Assembly (NCBI GenBank): GCA_038087875.1
Contig: JAXLNO010006177.1
Location: 186,001-250,000 of the forward strand
Length of the DNA stretch: 64,000 bases
Direction of reading: 5' to 3'
Source: Malacoraja senta
Taxonomy: Eukaryota
In this document: positions 59,672 through 64,000 of the stretch, piece by piece
Numbering within the stretch: position 1 is the first letter of the stretch
How the letters are laid out: each line of letters starts with the position of its first letter
The notes under the pieces: model-generated
Seen by the model: only the letters and a program-made list of their open reading frames with translations
What the model was told of the DNA's origin: nothing
Database searches by the model: none
Made by a program: the position numbers and the translations under genes

Positions 59672-60790
59672 ATAACTTGTAAATATGACTGTAATCATAT
59701 ATAATTAAATATAATTATATTATGTAAAAATAATATGATGACTATAATTGTGAGTGTTTTTTTAATGACACTGTCGCAGAGGTCCTGCTCCTGAACCAGC
59801 CTAATTAAATGGTCAGAACAGATCCTCTGGGTTCCCCCATTTATTGAACCCCACTGACTGCCATAGTGGGGAGAATGGGGGTGACAGCCATAGTGGGTCT
59901 GGGGCAGTGCCAGGCTGGGGACAGTCCTGCAAGGCATCTTCCAGTCGCTTAAGTAGGAAATTTAATGAGACTGCAGCAGAGGTCCCGGGTTTTATGGGCT
60001 CATGAACCTGCCTAATTAAAGAGTCAGGTCAGATCCTCTAGGTTTCCCCGTTTACTGAACCCCGCTGACTGCCATAGTGGGGAGAGTGGGAGTAACAGCC
60101 ATAGTGGGACTGGGGCAGTGCCAAAGCTGGGGGACAGACCTGTAAGAGACCTGTCTTATTTCTGATGTAAATGTCACATCCTGGCCAAGAATCGAATGCT
60201 GTGATGTTTACTCGATGAGTATTAATTTTAAGCTACAATGAGCTTATATTTATGTTAGAGACCCCCCCCCCCCGATGGTGCCTTTGCAAATGAGGGCTAT
60301 TACCTTTAACCTAAAATAACCCTAAAAATGTTGCATTGTTTATCTCTAGTTTGTGTGTGTGTCTGTGTATACCTTTCAAACGTGTATCTGTGGATGTGTG
60401 TATGTACGTGTGGATGGATATATGTGTGCATGTATGTGTGGATGTGTACATGTATGTCTGCGTGTGAATGGATGTGTGGATGTGTGTGTGTGCGGATTTA
60501 TATGTGCATGTATCTGTGTGTTTGCATGCATGGAAGTGTGCGTACGGATGGATGTGTGTGTGGATGTGTGTATGTATGTATGTATGTGTGGATGGGTGGG
60601 TGGAATGTCGCAGTCATTCACCAGCACGCCATTATCATAAGTAATTCACTCATTGTTTAAATAATTTGACCAAATAAACAGTGAAACGATAGACATTAAA
60701 ATAATCATTTATTTCCCCAATTAATTTTGTTTACATTACATCTGATCTTCATCTGAATATTCTTCATCAGATTCAAAGTATTTTGCAGTA
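59672..60790 (-). mobile_element. Second, inverted copy of the same transposon 3' region
   Basis: Reverse complement of about 58137-59330, including the DEEYSDED codons, the TG-rich block and the subterminal repeats. Confidence 0.75.
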
Positions 60791-61349
60791 GTTCAAGTTC
60801 AAGTGGAAGGTCACACAGAGGCTACAGAAAAAAAAATCTCATGGTCATTAAGTCTGCATGGACTTCAATTCATAAAATTTCAACCTCTTCTTAATGTTAA
60901 TGAGAATAACAATAGGTTACTACCATAGAAAAATTAGTTCAAGTTCACATACACCAATTCATTTCTTCAGAAACATCAACCATTTCTGACCATTTCTCAC
61001 TCCAATGGAAGCCTATAAAGTGCGATAAATATCCCTCCGTTTTTCTCCCGTGGTCGGGGCCTGGAAATTGGCTGCTGCGGACGGCACTATGTACAGCCTC
61101 CCCCTTGCGGAGATGATCCAAACACACCCCGCGGCTCCGCGTTCGCGAATCGGCCGCTTCTTAATTGAGACTGCGGCTTCACTATATCAAGTACCTAGGC
61201 CCCACGGTCGGAGCACTTTTTCCCGGTAAGTGATCGCAGGCAGCTCCGAGATTAGATGTTAAAGACTTATTAGACTACAACAAGCTGGCATTAGTGAAAA
61301 TGTGTAATTTAATGTGTTATGGATACACATAGTTTAGGCCCTCAACTTC

Positions 61350-61538
61350 NNNNNNNNNNNNNNNNNNNNNNNNNNNNNNNNNNNNNNNNNNNNNNNNNNN
61401 NNNNNNNNNNNNNNNNNNNNNNNNNNNNNNNNNNNNNNNNNNNNNNNNNNNNNNNNNNNNNNNNNNNNNNNNNNNNNNNNNNNNNNNNNNNNNNNNNNNN
61501 NNNNNNNNNNNNNNNNNNNNNNNNNNNNNNNNNNNNNN
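61350..61538. other. Assembly gap
   Basis: Run of N. Confidence 1.
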
Positions 61539-61591
61539 CTAATTTTTTCACATTATAAAAGGGTGCAATTAAATTAATTAAAGTCCATACA

Positions 61592-62107
61592 TGTGAGGAA
61601 GGGGTTAATAGGTATAGTTGATTTAAACTAAGCAGCACGAACACCCGACAATACACAGATAGATAATAGCCGTGAGTACAAATGGTGACATTTCAAGGAT
61701 GGGAAAAAGGAGATAGCGACAGCCCAGCAAAGAACTAGGGTAAGGGTCATGAGCAACTCTCCGTGCGCATGGGCAATGAACTTACATGAATATGTACACA
61801 CGCCCATCATGACAAGATGTCTCATTTAAATGCACATGCGATGTATGATCTGGGGGGTACCCTGGGCGTTACGGGGCGTTACGGTTAGATTGTGCACCTC
61901 AGTGCTCTGATTGGAAGGAGCCCGAAGGGGAGGAATTAATGGTGTAAACCATTGTAAAATGGTGTGAATTAAACAGAGTGACTTTCCTGGTCTCGGTGTG
62001 TCTTGATAGGGGAGACACCCGACTCTGCAGACTTGCTAATAAATAAACTTGTTTCTCTAAATTCTCTAGCATCGTGATTGTGAGCAATCAGTTTTTTGCA
62101 CCTCACA
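61592..62107 (+). mobile_element. ERV 5' LTR
   Basis: 516 bp, inverted termini tgtgagg...cctcaca, AATAAA at about 62038, followed by a PBS. Confidence 0.85.
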
Positions 62108-62109
62108 GA

Positions 62110-62128
62110 TGGGGGCTCGTCTCGGGAT
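62110..62128 (+). promoter_or_regulatory. tRNA-Pro primer-binding site
   Basis: TGGGGGCTCGTC(T)CGGGAT is the canonical Pro PBS with one inserted base, 2 nt after the LTR. Confidence 0.85.
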
Positions 62129-62391
62129 TGCCACTCCGGCCAGCTGGCGGCGGTATACGGGAGAAGGGACGGTGCACCCCGCTGATTCAGCGGCCCTGGA
62201 CCCCGTGCTTGCCGTCAGCGGTTTGAGCGAGTGATATCCCAGACCAGAGATTAGAGAAAAAAGTGGGAGTAGTTGGAAATCGCGAGGAGACAAATCGAGT
62301 GATTCTTGTGCACAAGACCAGGGTAAGAAAACTGACTATTAAGTACTACTCGGGCGATTAAATAGATCGCGGGGAAATTCCGATCGGGAGG

Positions 62392-64000
62392 ATGGGCAAT
62401 GAAAACGGAAAGCCCAAAAGGGAGGGGAAGGGCGGTAAGCCCGACCCCCGCATTCTGCCTAATAGTCCGTTGGGGCGAATGCTGAGCCTCTGCGGGCAGA
62501 GAAATACCCAGGGATTGGAGAAGACAAAAATGATTTGATTCTGTTATTTTGAGTTTTAATACATATAAAAGATGTTGCATTTATTTGAAGTAAGAATGGA
62601 ACGAATGTGATTTGTGTGTAAAAACCGGTTTGGAATGAAAGAGGAAGTTTATATATGTGATAATTATTTTGTTTATTCTATTTGTAGACCACATTGTAAG
62701 AGTAAGTGAGTAAGTAAGTTTTATTAGAATCAAAAATGTCCACTGTAGGTAGGTGTATGTTCCTTTAAATAAATCAGGTCATGGTGAAAGGCGACGAACA
62801 GCTGTAAGATAACGATTAATTGTTTGTATCCTCGTAACCTAGAAGGGCAAATTGTAAAATCATCTTTTGTTTTTTCTGATGTTCTTTTAGATTTCTAGTC
62901 AGTAAAGATAATTTGGAAAATTGTTACTAGTGCTAGGAATTGGACATTTAAAATAGTGGTGAATATGGATTGAAATAATTGGAAATAAGTTAATTGGTAA
63001 ACATTCAAGTTTAGAAAGAAAGGACAGAGAGGCAGTTAGAAGATAACAGAAGTAGAAAAACGACAGGCGTGAAAGTAATAAAGCAGGAGGAGTCAGTGGA
63101 AGATTTAAAAAAGAAAGGTGAATGAATTTGCAAGGAGGCTAGAATATTTGAGAAACAAGAAATTGAGTTTAGAATAAGAAAGAAGGCATACCAGAAAGGA
63201 TTAAAGTTGGAAGCATTGGGATAAAGTGATGAGACTGCTTTAAAGAGAAAAGAGAAGGACAGACACAGATTATCCCTTGGGGCACCCATAAACTGAGAGG
63301 GCTAAAAAAAGGATTAGGGCTTTGGAGGAGGAGAACGTGGGACGATTATTGATCATGGAAGATTTGAAGGCACTGTTGGTAAAAGTGATGGGAACCACTA
63401 AAGTGACAGAACTACTGAAGATGGATGGTATAAACTGATGCGAACAATGTAACAAGCAATGGCATACTGTTTGACACAGTCGGGCAGAGGGTATGGCAGG
63501 CCCTCAGACAATGTTACTCACTTAAGAGGAACCCCAAGGAACAAAGGGGAGATACACAAGGAAAGGCAAATAGCCTATCTGGAAAACCAACTGAAAAGGT
63601 GGAGAGTTTATTGATGAACATTATATTATGAACTACTGTGGTGGATGTCATTCTTCTTAAAGTCAAGCAGATTCAGCGAACAGTTGGTCTCTGCAGTCGA
63701 GAAATATCGCAAAGATAGGAAAAAGACTTGCAAACCAGCAGGAGGAGCTGTTGTCAATAAACAATGGATCTAAGTGAATCCTATGACAGAACCAAGCAGG
63801 GCCAGAGAATTACATGCCAATAATGAATGTCTTTGGGGAACGTTTCCTCAAAAAGTCCTATCAGGAATGAAATTAATCTGGATATAAGCCCTAACAGGAC
63901 TGGGGTCCCCAAGAGAGAAAGGGATTTAAAGGAGGATTTGATGGTATTGTTCCATAAGTGAAAAGCGATGTAAGAGAGAGAGAGAGATTTAAAAAAAATA
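62392..64000 (+). pseudogene. Degenerate class I (gamma/epsilon-like) ERV gag, running off the window
   Basis: MGNENGKP...PNSPLGRML...KTKMI* (myristoylated matrix-like start); CA-like DLKALLVKVMG near 63360; many stops. Confidence 0.7.

Noticed and set aside
60945-61127. THAP or BED finger of a DNA transposon
   Set aside because: The Cys/His spacing does not fit and the sequence runs into a gap.

Overview
Repeat-rich vertebrate genomic DNA, most likely a cartilaginous fish such as a skate. This is inferred from the HE1/V-SINE-type SINEs, CR1 LINEs with an esterase ORF1 and a shark-type MHC Ig-C1 exon. There are two N-gaps (35941-36082 and 61350-61538). Most of the window is nested transposons: CR1, Rex1-like, L1 (two copies), Penelope-like (with hammerhead-ribozyme motifs), a nearly intact Ty3/Gypsy element, a DIRS1-type tyrosine-recombinase element with complete ITR/ICR ends, tail-to-tail Academ-like ends, the 5' part of a class I ERV, a solo LTR and hAT-type MITEs. 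Host-gene traces are the N-terminal exons of a SUN1/SUN2-like gene, an MHC class I-like pseudogene (internally shortened Ig-C1 exon plus frameshifted TM exon) and an unidentified minus-strand gene remnant. The most unusual items are a 1.3-kb insertion whose 19-bp flanking duplication gives GT-AG boundaries that would splice it out exactly, a 36-bp perfect palindrome with an 8-bp TSD, and dispersed hammerhead-bearing Penelope ends. Everything was read by eye, with no database searches; element boundaries without TSDs are approximate.
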